Shown here piece by piece: positions 1 through 10,327 of a stretch of 64,000 bases of DNA (position 1 is its first letter; each line of letters begins with the position of its first letter). Both the position numbers and the translations under genes were made by a program. Source of the stretch: a bacterium (lineage in GTDB: Bacteria > Verrucomicrobiota > Verrucomicrobiia > Chthoniobacterales > UBA6821); the NCBI GenBank assembly GCA_021849805.1, contig JAJZSL010000010.1:292-64291 (forward strand), in the 5' to 3' direction. The notes below the pieces were generated by a model. The model searched no databases. It had not been told where the DNA came from and saw only the letters and a list, made by a program, of their open reading frames with translations.

Positions 1-240
1 TAGCATTCGTTAGAGAAAATATTGGCTGTGCTAACAACCTCAATCATCAATCCGAATCTCGCTCTAGAGCTTCTAGAGCTACCGAGAAAGCAGCTGGGGA
101 GAATCGAGCTCACATTATTGCTGGCTAGAGTAGAGCTGTTGATCTCATTATTCGGTCAGCTACTGCTTCGCTGCAGGAAATTATAACGGTGCTAGATTTC
201 TAGCTAAAACGAGTTATGATCAAATTATTCATTTGCCGAC

Positions 241-294
241 TTTTTAAGAGTATTTTTAAGAGTACTAAAGGCTTCGTAGTACTAAAGGCTTCGT
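241..294. repeat. Two abutting short tandem duplications (TTTTTAAGAGTA x2; AGTACTAAAGGCTTCGT x2)
   Basis: Read directly: 241-252/253-264 and 261-277/278-294. Confidence 0.9.
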
Positions 295-392
295 TTTTTT
301 GTTGTGAGTATTGAATACTATTAGAGAGTTTTTTGAAGCATCTTTGGAATTTTCTCTTGCTGGCATTTCCCTTTTTTTTTACTGTAGTCTTC

Positions 393-926
393 ATGCATGC
401 TGACGCAGTCACTCATTTGCCAGTAGCTTACGATTCTAAGATCGAGGGGAATGTTATTATTACTAAGCTTGATGCGGCAATTAATTGGATGAGAAAAAAT
501 TCTCTTTGGCCCATGCCTATGGGTTTAGCCTGCTGTGCTATTGAGCTAATGGCAGCTTCTTCTTCTAGGTATGATATTTCGCGCTTTGGAGCAGAGGTCA
601 TGCGGTTTTCGCCGCGTCAATCTGATGTAATGATTGTGGCAGGAACAGTAACTTATAAAATGGCGCTCTCTGTCAAGCGTATCTATGAGCAGATGCCAGA
701 ACCAAAGTGGGTCATTGCTATGGGAGCGTGTGCTTCGAGTGGAGGGATGTACCGAAGCTACTCCGTGCTTCAAGGGGTAGACCAAGTGATTCCCGTTGAT
801 GTTTATATTTCGGGCTGTCCTCCCAGGCCGGAAGCTCTCTTGGATGGTTTAATGAAACTTCAGGATAAAATCATGACAGAGCATTCTTTCCTAGATCAGA
901 AGCGCGCTCTTCTGAGCAAACTCTAA
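393..926 (+). CDS. nuoB: NADH-quinone oxidoreductase subunit B
   Basis: [33 protein letters not shown] motifs; ATG at 393 preferred over ORF start 333. Confidence 0.97.
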   Translation: MHADAVTHLPVAYDSKIEGNVIITKLDAAINWMRKNSLWPMPMGLACCAIELMAASSSRYDISRFGAEVMRFSPRQSDVMIVAGTVTYKMALSVKRIYEQMPEPKWVIAMGACASSGGMYRSYSVLQGVDQVIPVDVYISGCPPRPEALLDGLMKLQDKIMTEHSFLDQKRALLSKL

Positions 927-938
927 GAGAACTAAGCC

Positions 939-1559
939 GTGAATTTATTAGAAGTCATTGATTATTTGGAAGAAAATTATCCATCCTCCATTTTGGAGAA
1001 GAAAGAATTTCGAGGTGAATTTTCCTTAACATTGAAGGAATCTGATTTCTACCAGATCGCTCAATGTTGCCGTGATATTTTAGGGTTTGATATGTTGCTT
1101 GATATTTCTAGCGTTGATTATTTTGGAAGGGATCCTCGATTTGAAGTGGTTTATGAACTTTATTCTCTCTCTTCTAAAATTCAACTTCGTCTCAAAGTAA
1201 AGCTTCCTGAAGATCGTGCAGCTATTGTGACGGTGAGTAGTTTGTGGGCAACTGCCAATTGGCATGAACGTGAAGTCTACGATTTAATGGGTATTCTTTT
1301 CGAAGGACATCCTGATTTAAGACGTATCCTCATGTGGGATGGCTATCCCTATCATCCGTTACGTAAAGATTTTCCTCTAGAAGGAAAACCAAGTGAAATG
1401 ATTGATATTGCTTTTTCAGCAGCAGCACCACTGCAGGGTGGTCCTTTCGTCAGTACTCCAAGTCTCGGTAATACCCAAGTCAGGGAGCCTCGTCATCGTT
1501 CTGCTGAGTCCTCTTTAGAGAAAAAAGAGACTCAAAGCATGTTCATTGCTGAGCCTTAG
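939..1559 (+). CDS. nuoC: NADH-quinone oxidoreductase subunit C
   Basis: ANWHEREVYDLMGILFEGHPDLRRILM..YPYHPLRKDFP signature. Confidence 0.96.
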   Translation: MNLLEVIDYLEENYPSSILEKKEFRGEFSLTLKESDFYQIAQCCRDILGFDMLLDISSVDYFGRDPRFEVVYELYSLSSKIQLRLKVKLPEDRAAIVTVSSLWATANWHEREVYDLMGILFEGHPDLRRILMWDGYPYHPLRKDFPLEGKPSEMIDIAFSAAAPLQGGPFVSTPSLGNTQVREPRHRSAESSLEKKETQSMFIAEP

Positions 1560-1571
1560 ATTAGAACATTC

Positions 1572-2642
1572 TTGATTTCTACTCCCTCCCAGTACAACGA
1601 ACTACTGAATCAACTGACGCTAGAGCATGAAATTGCTCTAGATACAGAAGCTGACAGTCTCTACTGCTATTTTGAGAAGCTCTGCCTTATTCAAATTGGT
1701 CTGCCTAATGGTTTTTTTCTTTTAGATCCGCTCTCTAGTCTTCCACTCATGGAGTTTTTTCAAGCCCTTGAAGGGAAAAGACTCATTTTTCATGATGCCT
1801 ACTATGATCTCTCGCTGTTACGCCGTTGGGGACCTTTTCCAGATCATCATCTCTTTGACACGATGATTGCTGCTCGTCTATGTGGAGAAACACATTTGGG
1901 ATTAGCAGCTCTCGTCGAAAAATATTTTCGTGTGACACTCTCGAAAGTCTCTCGTAAGGCTAACTGGGCTCAACGGCCGCTCTCCTCTTCCATGATTGAT
2001 TATGCGCTCAATGATGTTCGCTATCTCCATCAACTTGCTGCTCTCTTTGAAGAAAAATTAAGTGGACTAGGGCGTCTAGAATGGTTTTATCAATCTCAAG
2101 ATCGTATGATTCGCTCAACACGAGAAATACGTACTAAGGGAGAGGAGGAGCGATGGCGTCTTCCTGGCTATTCAAAACTCTCTCTTAGGAGCCAAGCCCT
2201 TCTACGGGCTCTATGGAAATGGCGGGATGACCAAGCTCGTCAATCAAATAAACCCTCCTTCTACATTCTCTCCAATGAGGAATTGCTTCAGATTGCTCAT
2301 TGGGCTCCTGAGAAAAAGGTTGTTCCAAAAATTGCTCAAGCACGAAGAGCTTCTTTTGAGGAAGTGCTGGAAATGGCTCTCTCCCTACCTGAGGAGCAAT
2401 GGCCTAAACCATTAGAGAAAAAAATGACTCGTATGACAAAAGAAGAAATCAAGCATATTCAAGTATTGAAAGAAAAAAGAGATAAGGTAGCTCTAGAACT
2501 TGGAATGAATCCCTCTATTATTGCTTCTAAACTTTCACTGGAACTTACTGTACGAGATCGCAGCTCTTCCACACTGCTTCCTTGGCAGCAGCAAGTTTTA
2601 GGAATAGAATCTCCTCTATTTAGCAACGATCATGCGAGCTAA
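1572..2642 (+). CDS. rnd: Ribonuclease D family 3'-5' exonuclease with HRDC domain
   Basis: DEDDy motifs ALDTE, FHDAYYDL, FDTMIAA, YALNDV; HRDC WRDDQARQSNKP. Confidence 0.9.
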   Translation: MISTPSQYNELLNQLTLEHEIALDTEADSLYCYFEKLCLIQIGLPNGFFLLDPLSSLPLMEFFQALEGKRLIFHDAYYDLSLLRRWGPFPDHHLFDTMIAARLCGETHLGLAALVEKYFRVTLSKVSRKANWAQRPLSSSMIDYALNDVRYLHQLAALFEEKLSGLGRLEWFYQSQDRMIRSTREIRTKGEEERWRLPGYSKLSLRSQALLRALWKWRDDQARQSNKPSFYILSNEELLQIAHWAPEKKVVPKIAQARRASFEEVLEMALSLPEEQWPKPLEKKMTRMTKEEIKHIQVLKEKRDKVALELGMNPSIIASKLSLELTVRDRSSSTLLPWQQQVLGIESPLFSNDHAS

Positions 2643-2742
2643 AGAACTTCAGTTCGGAATGTGATTTTTTGAGTAGTTGTCAAATAAATAGGAAACAACA
2701 AAAATTTGACTATATATTCTTATCTTCACTCTTATCTTTTTG

Positions 2743-3591
2743 ATGAATGCTCTCTTAACACTCATAAGAATGGCTCTTGCTGAGGATCTGGGGGCGGGTG
2801 ATATCACTTCTGATTTTTTTATTGCAGCATCACATCAGAGTCAGAGTGAAATTATAACACGTCAGCCACTGGTCGTTGCTGGACTCTCCGTAGTTTTAAC
2901 TCTTTTTGCTGAACTTGATCCTCAACTTCTTGTTATTCCAAAGGCCAAGGATGGAGAAAGACGAGATATAGGTGATCCACTCTTGAGTTTAAAAGGCTCA
3001 ACACGGTCCATCTTAGCTGGAGAAAGGGCAGCTCTGAATTTTTTAGGACGTCTCTCGGGAATAGCAACATGGACTCGTGCGCATGTTGATGCTGCACAAG
3101 GAACGGGAGTCACTATTTTAGACACACGCAAGACCACCCCAGGCTGGAGATACCTTGAAAAAGAAGCAGTCAGAGCAGGAGGTGCTAAGAATCATCGGAT
3201 GGGTCTCTATGACGCTATGCTCATTAAAGATAATCATCTTGCAGCACTTCGCTCTGATCTGAAATTGATGTTGCCTGGTTATTTGCAGAAGGCTCGATGG
3301 GAATATCCTCACCTTCCCATTGAGTTAGAAGCTGAAACCTTAGAGCAGGTTGAATTTTTCTTAACAATACCAGCCATTACAACCATTCTCCTTGATAATA
3401 TGAGTCTTCCAATGCTTCGTCAGGCTGTAGCTCTAAGAAATAAAAGGGCACCGGCTATTCGTTTAGAAGCAAGTGGGGGTATTAGCTTGGCTAATCTTCG
3501 TGCTGTTGCAGAGACAGGAGTGGATGAGATTTCTTTGGGAGCACTCACCCACACAGCTCCCTGGGTTGATTTGTCATTGGAGCTATTTTAG
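2743..3591 (+). CDS. nadC: Nicotinate-nucleotide pyrophosphorylase (quinolinate phosphoribosyltransferase)
   Basis: ALAEDLGAGDITS, ILDTRKTTPG, HRMGLYDAMLIKDNH, LLDNM, EASGGI. Confidence 0.97.
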   Translation: MNALLTLIRMALAEDLGAGDITSDFFIAASHQSQSEIITRQPLVVAGLSVVLTLFAELDPQLLVIPKAKDGERRDIGDPLLSLKGSTRSILAGERAALNFLGRLSGIATWTRAHVDAAQGTGVTILDTRKTTPGWRYLEKEAVRAGGAKNHRMGLYDAMLIKDNHLAALRSDLKLMLPGYLQKARWEYPHLPIELEAETLEQVEFFLTIPAITTILLDNMSLPMLRQAVALRNKRAPAIRLEASGGISLANLRAVAETGVDEISLGALTHTAPWVDLSLELF

Positions 3592-3598
3592 AGAAATT

Positions 3599-4267
3599 GT
3601 GAAGAAGAACTTCTTTGATCCTGAAAAAATCAGACAGCAATCCCCTTGGAGAGGGAATATTTTTTTCTTGGAGAGGGTTACTTCTACGAATGATTTGCTC
3701 CTGGAATTAGCAGAAGAAGGTGCTCCCGAGGGAACCATGATTATTGCTAAGGAGCAAACACGTGGAAGAGGACAGTTTCATCGACCATGGTCCAGTCCCT
3801 CCGGGATGGGTCTTTGGATGTCTCTGCTACTACGTTGTCCCATAGAAAATAATAACATCGCTCCACTCTCTCAACTAGGTCCCATCAGTCTTTTTGATAC
3901 TTGTTTAGCAATAGGTATTCCTCATGTACGTTTACAAATAAAGCCTCCCAATGATTTGTTCCTTGATGGGAAAAAACTTGCGGGAGTCCTTGTTGAGACA
4001 CGTAGAGGCAAGCATTCTTTTGCTCTGTTGGGTCTTGGACTCAATCTATCCCAATGTCAAGATGATTTTCCTCCCCAATTGCACCAGCAAGCTATCTCTC
4101 TTGCACTTGCTGGATTTGGAGATGTTTCATGGGATTATCTTCTCGGAGAACTACTGGATGCTTTGCATGAGAATTATCTTCAATTTGCCAAGCCTAACAA
4201 GCTTCATGAACGCTGGAAGGAAATTGCTAAGCTTCCAGAAAATCGGCTCATGGAGGTTTTTAAATAA
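3599..4267 (+). CDS. birA: Biotin-[acetyl-CoA-carboxylase] ligase (no N-terminal HTH)
   Basis: STND, QTRGRGQ..R.WSSP, KPPNDL..GKKLAGVLVE; GTG at 3599 just after nadC stop. Confidence 0.9.
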   Translation: MKKNFFDPEKIRQQSPWRGNIFFLERVTSTNDLLLELAEEGAPEGTMIIAKEQTRGRGQFHRPWSSPSGMGLWMSLLLRCPIENNNIAPLSQLGPISLFDTCLAIGIPHVRLQIKPPNDLFLDGKKLAGVLVETRRGKHSFALLGLGLNLSQCQDDFPPQLHQQAISLALAGFGDVSWDYLLGELLDALHENYLQFAKPNKLHERWKEIAKLPENRLMEVFK

Positions 4268-5286
4268 TGCATTGTTCCTATTTTTGCGGCCCTATTCTTG
4301 CTATTGAATCCTCTTGTGATGAAACATCAGTTGCTATTGTCGATAAGCATGCTCAACTACTTGCTCATCTTGTTGCTTCGCAGAGTAAGCTCCATGCAGG
4401 TTTTGGAGGAGTTGTTCCTGAGCTTGCATCGCGTCATCATCTCTCCACCATTGATCCACTGTTTCATGCTGCTCTGCAGAAAGCTCAATTACAAGCAAGT
4501 GATTTGAGAGCTGTTGCAGCAACAGCAGGTCCTGGTTTGGCTCCTGCTCTTCTTGTAGGGGCTTCCTATGCTAAGGGAATTGCTCTAGGCTTAGGCATTC
4601 CTTACTTAGCGATGAATCATCTGGAAGGACATCTGCTTTCCCCTTTTTTTGGTCAAAAAAAAATTCCAGCACACCTTTCGCTTTTAGTAAGTGGCGGGCA
4701 CACTCAACTAACAAAAGTCATCAGTGTAGGATCTTATCAACTGCTTGGCCGTACTCATGATGACGCAGCAGGTGAAGCATTTGACAAAGTAGGAAAACTC
4801 TTAGGATTATCGTATCCAGCAGGAGTTCAAATTGATGTTCTTGCACGGCAAGGTAACGCAAGAAAATATGCTTTTCCAAGAGCTTTACTAGAAAAAGGAA
4901 ATCTCGATTTTAGTTTTAGTGGGTTGAAAACTGCCGTGCGCTATTTTTTAGAAAAACAGAGTAGCCTACTCTCCTCTTCTGATTTAGCAGATCTTTGTGC
5001 TTCCTTTCAGGAGGCAATTGTTGAGGTCCTTGTTGAGAAAACACGACGTGCTGCAAAGAAAGAAGGTCTCTGTTCTCTTGGAGTTAGTGGTGGTGTGGCT
5101 GCTAATAGTCGCTTGCAGTGTGCATTACAAGTGCTCTGTGAAGAAAATGATTGGGAGTTTCATCTTCCTGCTCCTTCTCTCATCGGTGATAATGCAGCTA
5201 TGATTGCATTTGCAGCTTGGCATCATCTTATAGCAGGAGAGAGAACTCCTATTAGTGAAGAAATTATTTCCAATTGGGAGCTTTAG
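4267..5286 (+). CDS. tsaD: tRNA N6-adenosine threonylcarbamoyltransferase
   Basis: ILAIESSCDET, GGVVPELASRHH, NHLEGH, VSGGHT, DDAAGEAFDK, DNAAMIA. Confidence 0.97.
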   Translation: MHCSYFCGPILAIESSCDETSVAIVDKHAQLLAHLVASQSKLHAGFGGVVPELASRHHLSTIDPLFHAALQKAQLQASDLRAVAATAGPGLAPALLVGASYAKGIALGLGIPYLAMNHLEGHLLSPFFGQKKIPAHLSLLVSGGHTQLTKVISVGSYQLLGRTHDDAAGEAFDKVGKLLGLSYPAGVQIDVLARQGNARKYAFPRALLEKGNLDFSFSGLKTAVRYFLEKQSSLLSSSDLADLCASFQEAIVEVLVEKTRRAAKKEGLCSLGVSGGVAANSRLQCALQVLCEENDWEFHLPAPSLIGDNAAMIAFAAWHHLIAGERTPISEEIISNWEL

Positions 5287-5325
5287 TTTCTTTTTTAAGA
5301 AAATAATTTTTCTCTTTTCGATAGC

Positions 5326-6909
5326 ATGCCTATTTTTTTTATAATTTTCCTTGGGTTGAGCTTCTTGTTTTCGGGATGTCCTTCTGAGGAGCGAAAAGCT
5401 GATTTAGTTTTTATCAATGGAGTAGAACCAGAGAGTCTTGATCCTGCTGTTGCTACTGCTCAAGCAGATGGGCGTCTTCTTAGTGAGCTTTTTGAAGGTC
5501 TTCTACGTTTTAATGCACAAGGTCAACTAGTTCCTGGAGTGGCTTCTTCTTGGAGTATTTCTCCTGATGGGCGGACGTATACGTTTTATCTTCGTCCTCA
5601 AGCACGCTGGTCCGATGGGAAAGTTGTTAGGGCTACTGATTTTCTTCAATCATGGCGGAGGATCCTTCTTCCGACAGAGGCAGCTCCTTATGTCAATCAG
5701 TTCTTTGTGATTGATGGAGCAGAGGATTTTTCTCTAGGGAAAATTGATTTCTCTCACGTAGGAATTAAAGCAATTAATGATCAAACTTTTGAAGTAACAT
5801 TAAGAAATCCGACTCCCTATTTTTTGTATCTTTGTGCCTTATGGACTTTTGCCCCAGTGAGGAATGATTTAATAGAGCGTTATGGTGATGAGTGGATGGA
5901 GCCCAAGAAAATGATTAGCAATGGGCCCTATCAGTTAGAGAGTTGGAAACTGAATGATAAAATCACATTAAAAAAAAATCCTTTCTACTGGAATGCTGCT
6001 CATGTAGCTCTTGAAAAAATTGATGCTCTGCCTATTAGTAATCCACTTGTTGCTTATAATTTTTATGCCATTGGGAAAGCTGATCTTATCTTAGGAAGAC
6101 CAGCAGCTTTTCTTTTGGATGCTCTCAAGAAAAGCAGTGATTTTCATGCAGCTCCTTATCTTGGAGTTTTCTTTATTCGTTTTAATTGTTCTCGAGCTCC
6201 TTTTGATAATCCTCATGTTCGTCAAGCTTTCTCAATGGTTATTGATCGTCATCTTCTTGTGAACAAGGTCACTCGTGCTGGAGAACTTCCAGCCGAAAAT
6301 TTTATTCCTCCAGGAATCCTTGGCTACCAAAGTGCTCAAGGATTACCTTATGACCCTCAGCGTGCTAGAGCATTGCTTGCTATGGCTGGCTACCCAGATG
6401 GTAAAAATTTCCCTTTAACCAATTACCTCTACTCTGAGAGTGCTATGAACGAAGAAATTGCTCTCGAACTGCAAGCAATGTGGCGCAAGGAGCTAGGTGT
6501 TTCTATCTTACTAGAACGTCGTGATTGGAAAGCTTCTCTCAACTTAATGAATCAGCTTGATTATGGAATGGCTATTTCAAACTGGGTTGGTGATTATGAT
6601 GATCCTAATACTTTTTTGGAGCTTTTTGTCACAGGAGGAGGAAACAATCGCACTGGATGGAGCTCCCAAGCCTATGATCGTGATCTTCGAGAGGCTACAT
6701 TAGCTCTGAGAATGCCCAGAAGGCTTGCTCTCTTACATGATGCAGAAAATTTATTAGTGCAGAAAGAACTCCCTATTGCTCCTCTTTTCTTTAATGTCTC
6801 AATTGCACTCTATCGCTCTGATGAACTTGGAGGAATCGAACCTAATTTGTTAGATCGACATCCACTTTCAGAAATTTATCGTAAGAAGAAGCGAAGCGCA
6901 TTCCCTTGA
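5326..6909 (+). CDS. oppA: Oligopeptide ABC transporter substrate-binding lipoprotein (OppA family)
   Basis: Lipobox-like LFSGC; EPESLDP, YTFYLR..ARWSDG..V.A.DF, SNGPY.L, W.GDYDDP. Confidence 0.9.
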   Translation: MPIFFIIFLGLSFLFSGCPSEERKADLVFINGVEPESLDPAVATAQADGRLLSELFEGLLRFNAQGQLVPGVASSWSISPDGRTYTFYLRPQARWSDGKVVRATDFLQSWRRILLPTEAAPYVNQFFVIDGAEDFSLGKIDFSHVGIKAINDQTFEVTLRNPTPYFLYLCALWTFAPVRNDLIERYGDEWMEPKKMISNGPYQLESWKLNDKITLKKNPFYWNAAHVALEKIDALPISNPLVAYNFYAIGKADLILGRPAAFLLDALKKSSDFHAAPYLGVFFIRFNCSRAPFDNPHVRQAFSMVIDRHLLVNKVTRAGELPAENFIPPGILGYQSAQGLPYDPQRARALLAMAGYPDGKNFPLTNYLYSESAMNEEIALELQAMWRKELGVSILLERRDWKASLNLMNQLDYGMAISNWVGDYDDPNTFLELFVTGGGNNRTGWSSQAYDRDLREATLALRMPRRLALLHDAENLLVQKELPIAPLFFNVSIALYRSDELGGIEPNLLDRHPLSEIYRKKKRSAFP

Positions 6910-6993
6910 GAGGCCTCTCTCTTTTTTCTATGAATTTCCTACAAAATAAAAAGATGAAATTGACATGTTCTCCTCAGTAGAGAAAGTAGCAAG

Positions 6994-8028
6994 GTGCATT
7001 TACAAAAATCACGAGCTACCTGCTCGACTTCTTCTTCATTGACTCCTTCCCTTGATCCTTTTCTTCCTTTAGTAGAGGACTTCATGCAAAAGATTGAGGA
7101 GCGCCTCAAGGAGGAAGGAAGTTTTTTTGACTCAGGTATTGAGAAATATATTTCCTATGCTTGTGAGGGGAGTGGAAAGCGCTTCCGCCCTCTCGTGGCT
7201 CTCTTCAGTGGTGGAGCAACAGGGAGAGTCACAGATGGTCATCTCAATTTAGCTCTCATTGTGGAGTTAATCCACATTGCTAGCCTTGTCCATGACGATA
7301 TTATGGATGGAGCTCTTCTACGTCGTGACCGACCTACGCTTCATGCAAAGTGGGGAAGTAACTTGACTGTGTTAGCAGGTGATATCCTTTTTGCACATGC
7401 ACTGAAGCTAGCAACGGATTTTTCAAAAACAGAAATATGTCGTCGTATTGCTGATGCGGCTATTGGAGTATGTTCTGGAGAAATGCTACAAACGGAACAT
7501 CGTTTCGATGTTGATCTGAACTTAGAGAGTTATTATCGAATTGTTGAAATGAAAACAGGATCGCTCTTTGCAGTAGCTTGTGAATTGGGTGCTTTTCTCA
7601 ACGAAGTTGATAATAAGATGGTAGAAGCACTGAAGGAGTATGGTAATATGCTTGGGATAGCTTATCAGCTCCTCGATGACTGCATTGATCTTTTGGGTGA
7701 TGAAACAAGTACTGGAAAGACATTAGGAACAGATTTAGTGGGAGGAAAATGGACGTTACCTATTCTCCTCTTTCTTAAAAAAGCTTCTGCTCCAGAGGCA
7801 GAAAATTTGCGCCACGCATTAATAACTCAAAAAGCAATTCACCGTAGTAGGTTAGTTCAATCACTCGTGGATCAAGGAATTTTTTCAGAAGCACAAATAT
7901 ACATTCACAATTTTCTCCATCGAGGAGAAATGGCGTTGAAATTCTTTCCAAAAAATGACTACGTGGAAGGTTTGCGTTCTATAATTTTTTATATACGTGG
8001 AATGACAGAAAAAAAGTTGTCATTCTAG
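6994..8028 (+). CDS. Polyprenyl diphosphate synthase
   Basis: GKRFRP, ELIHIASLVHDDIMD..LRRDRPT, KTGSLF, YQLLDDCID. Confidence 0.93.
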   Translation: MHLQKSRATCSTSSSLTPSLDPFLPLVEDFMQKIEERLKEEGSFFDSGIEKYISYACEGSGKRFRPLVALFSGGATGRVTDGHLNLALIVELIHIASLVHDDIMDGALLRRDRPTLHAKWGSNLTVLAGDILFAHALKLATDFSKTEICRRIADAAIGVCSGEMLQTEHRFDVDLNLESYYRIVEMKTGSLFAVACELGAFLNEVDNKMVEALKEYGNMLGIAYQLLDDCIDLLGDETSTGKTLGTDLVGGKWTLPILLFLKKASAPEAENLRHALITQKAIHRSRLVQSLVDQGIFSEAQIYIHNFLHRGEMALKFFPKNDYVEGLRSIIFYIRGMTEKKLSF

Positions 8029-8092
8029 CATTGGCTATAAAAAAAGAGAGGATGAGAAGAAGGTTGCTTCCAAGGAAAGGGAAATTATACTC

Positions 8093-8809
8093 ATGAACTC
8101 TCTGGCAATGAGTGATCAAAAAAAGAAACTCCGTAAAAAGGATCTCCCACGTGAGCGCCTTGCTGCTCATGGTGCCGAAGTCTTAAGAGATGCTGAACTA
8201 TTAGCTATTTTCTTAAGAACTGGTCGTATAGGACATCATGTTCTTGAAGTAGCAGAAGATTTGATCAAAGAGTGGGGAACGCTTAGGAGAATTGCAGGAT
8301 GCTCCATTGAAGCTCTTTCTCAAATTCCTGGTATTGGCTTGGCTAAAGCTGCAGAGCTGAAAGCTGCTTTTGAACTAGGAAAACGAGTAGCAGCTCCGGA
8401 GCAAGAGAAAATTTCCATTCAGAGTGGGGAAGATATTTATCATGCTCTAAAATCATCGCTTCAATTATTACCATATGAATCACTACACGTCTTGTTGCTC
8501 AATGCACGTGGTCTTCTCATCGAAGAGCGAGAAGTTTTTCGAGGAGGCCTTCATCAGACCATGGCAAGCCCACGAGAAATTTTTCAATTAGCTATTATCA
8601 AGCGCGCCTATGCTCTGGCCATTGCTCATAATCACCCTTCCGGCAATCCGCTACCAAGTTCTTCAGATCGTCTTCTTACACAAAAGCTCTTAAAAGCTAG
8701 TGACTGCTTGCAAATTCCTCTCTTCGATCACGTCATCATTGGAATAGAATCCTCCTCACATCAAGCATACTTTAGTTTTCGTGAAGAGGGACTCCTTCAT
8801 GACTCATGA
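8093..8809 (+). CDS. radC: RadC-family JAB-domain protein
   Basis: PRERL...G...L.DAELLAI.LRTG, HhH IPGIG.AKA, HNHPSG.P.PS..D, DHVIIG. Confidence 0.95.
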   Translation: MNSLAMSDQKKKLRKKDLPRERLAAHGAEVLRDAELLAIFLRTGRIGHHVLEVAEDLIKEWGTLRRIAGCSIEALSQIPGIGLAKAAELKAAFELGKRVAAPEQEKISIQSGEDIYHALKSSLQLLPYESLHVLLLNARGLLIEEREVFRGGLHQTMASPREIFQLAIIKRAYALAIAHNHPSGNPLPSSSDRLLTQKLLKASDCLQIPLFDHVIIGIESSSHQAYFSFREEGLLHDS

Positions 8810-8827
8810 GGATATTTCCCTCATGAA

Positions 8828-8996
8828 TTTATAGTGTATTAAATTGGAAAAGGTACATCATCAGCTTGCTCTTTTTTCCTAGGACTGCGTTCTCAAATCT
8901 TACGTTATCACTCGATAGCGCTTCGATTTTCGGCCTTGCCCTAAGAAAAAATTGCTGCGCTCCTAATGTGCCCTTTTCAATTTAATACACTATAAA
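8828..8996 (+). mobile_element. Palindromic MITE-like element, subfamily A (best-preserved copy)
   Basis: Perfect 19-bp terminal inverted repeat TTTATAGTGTATTAAATTG (8828-8846) / CAATTTAATACACTATAAA (8978-8996), nested inner stems, homologues at ~10000, ~53870, ~56950. Confidence 0.85.
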
Positions 8997-8999
8997 ATT

Positions 9000-9773
9000 T
9001 CAGAGGCATATTTTCTGGCTAATGGTATCTTGTTGAGCGCACCAATACTGAGTAGAAGTTGCTTTGCTTCTCACTTTCTGGAGTGCTTGGAAGACTAAAT
9101 GTTCTTTGTTACAATCACTACTCAAGTGGCCCAAGACAACGTAACGCAACTCTTCATGTAATAATTGCTCCAGCAATGCAGCGGCATCTCCATTGGAGAG
9201 ATGACCATGACGTGAGGAAATCCTCTGTTTAACAGCCCAAGGACGCTTTCTATCTTGTTCTAGCAGCTCATTGTCATAGTTGGCTTCAAGAAGTAGAGCA
9301 TCAAGGTGCCCAAGAGCATCAAGAACCAAGCGTGAAGCATGGCCGAGATCAGTAGCTAATCCAAACGAATATTTTTTTTCTCGAAAGATGAATCCAACAG
9401 GATCCACAGCATCATGAGGAATAGAAAAAGAGCGAATGGAAAGATCAGCTATTGTCAATGAAGATCCCGTTTCAAAAATTTTCCAAGTCACGGAACTTCC
9501 TATCTTCTCACGGAGAAGAGTTGCTGTATGACGATTACAATAAAGTGGAGTAGCATAGTGTTTACACCATTGAGAGAGACCTTTGATGTGATCTCCATGC
9601 TCATGAGTAATAAAGATAGCATCAATGTCAGAAGCATCGAGCGAACAGAGAGAAAGTCGCTGCAGAAGCTGTTTTCTACTTAAGCCTGCATCGACAAGAA
9701 TTGTTGCTCCTTCCGAGCGCACCAGCGTTGCATTACCACTGCTTCCGCTAGCAAGAATAGTAACTTCAAACAT
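9000..9773 (-). CDS. MBL-fold metallo-hydrolase (YycJ/WalJ-like)
   Basis: LASGSSGNA, ITHEHGDH, HDAVDP, TDLG, EANYD, GHLSN, GHLS. Confidence 0.92.
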   Translation of the reverse strand: MFEVTILASGSSGNATLVRSEGATILVDAGLSRKQLLQRLSLCSLDASDIDAIFITHEHGDHIKGLSQWCKHYATPLYCNRHTATLLREKIGSSVTWKIFETGSSLTIADLSIRSFSIPHDAVDPVGFIFREKKYSFGLATDLGHASRLVLDALGHLDALLLEANYDNELLEQDRKRPWAVKQRISSRHGHLSNGDAAALLEQLLHEELRYVVLGHLSSDCNKEHLVFQALQKVRSKATSTQYWCAQQDTISQKICL

Positions 9774-9916
9774 TTTAAGAGCATGGCGAAAGATTTTTCA
9801 AAAGTAAATCACTGGAAGAGGAAGTTATCCTCTTTTTCTAATCAATTTTTTAGTAAGAAAAATATTTTTTAGCTGTAGCCTTCAGTCTCTTCACTCTAAG
9901 CTATAAAGCTCAATGG

Positions 9917-9989
9917 GCGTCCGTAGCTCAGGGGATAGAGCAGGGGATTTCTAATCCCTTGGTCGCAGGTTCAAATCCTGCCGGGCGCA
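9917..9989 (+). tRNA. tRNA-Arg (TCT)
   Basis: Acceptor GCGTCCG/CGGGCGC, D-arm GCTC/GAGC, anticodon loop TTTCTAA, T-loop GGTTCAAATCC; CCA not encoded. Confidence 0.95.
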
Positions 9990-9998
9990 TAATCATCA

Positions 9999-10162
9999 TA
10001 TCGTATCTTCCCTTGAGAAGGGTATGTCATTCATTTGCTCTTTTTTCTTAGGGGGACGTTTGCAACTTTTGTGTTTTCCTTAGATAGTGCTTTGATCTTG
10101 GGTTGTTGGCCGAAGAAAAAATTCTTTACTCCTAGTCTCCCCTTTTCCATGGAATACATGAT
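9999..10162 (+). mobile_element. Decayed palindromic element, subfamily A
   Basis: Colinear with 8828-8996: TTGCTCTTTTTTCTTAGG..GATAGTGCTTTGAT..GAAGAAAAAATT..CTCCTA..CCCTTTTCCA..AATACA. Confidence 0.7.
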
Positions 10163-10327
10163 GCTACCTGAATTCAATAATGAGAGAATTTCAATAGGGA
10201 AGAGTATCAGAATGAAATCGATTTTTATTCCGCTGTTGAGAAGAGCCATGAAGGTCGCTAGAGTTCTCTACTGGAGAAAAATCACTCCATTTTCCTTCAT
10301 CCATAATGTTTTTTCTCTTCCCTCTTC

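Noticed and set aside
1-332. Possible gene end or pseudogene, and ORF 200-412(-)
   Set aside because: Only short open frames with no recognisable motif; 200-412 runs through the tandem repeats and overlaps nuoB.
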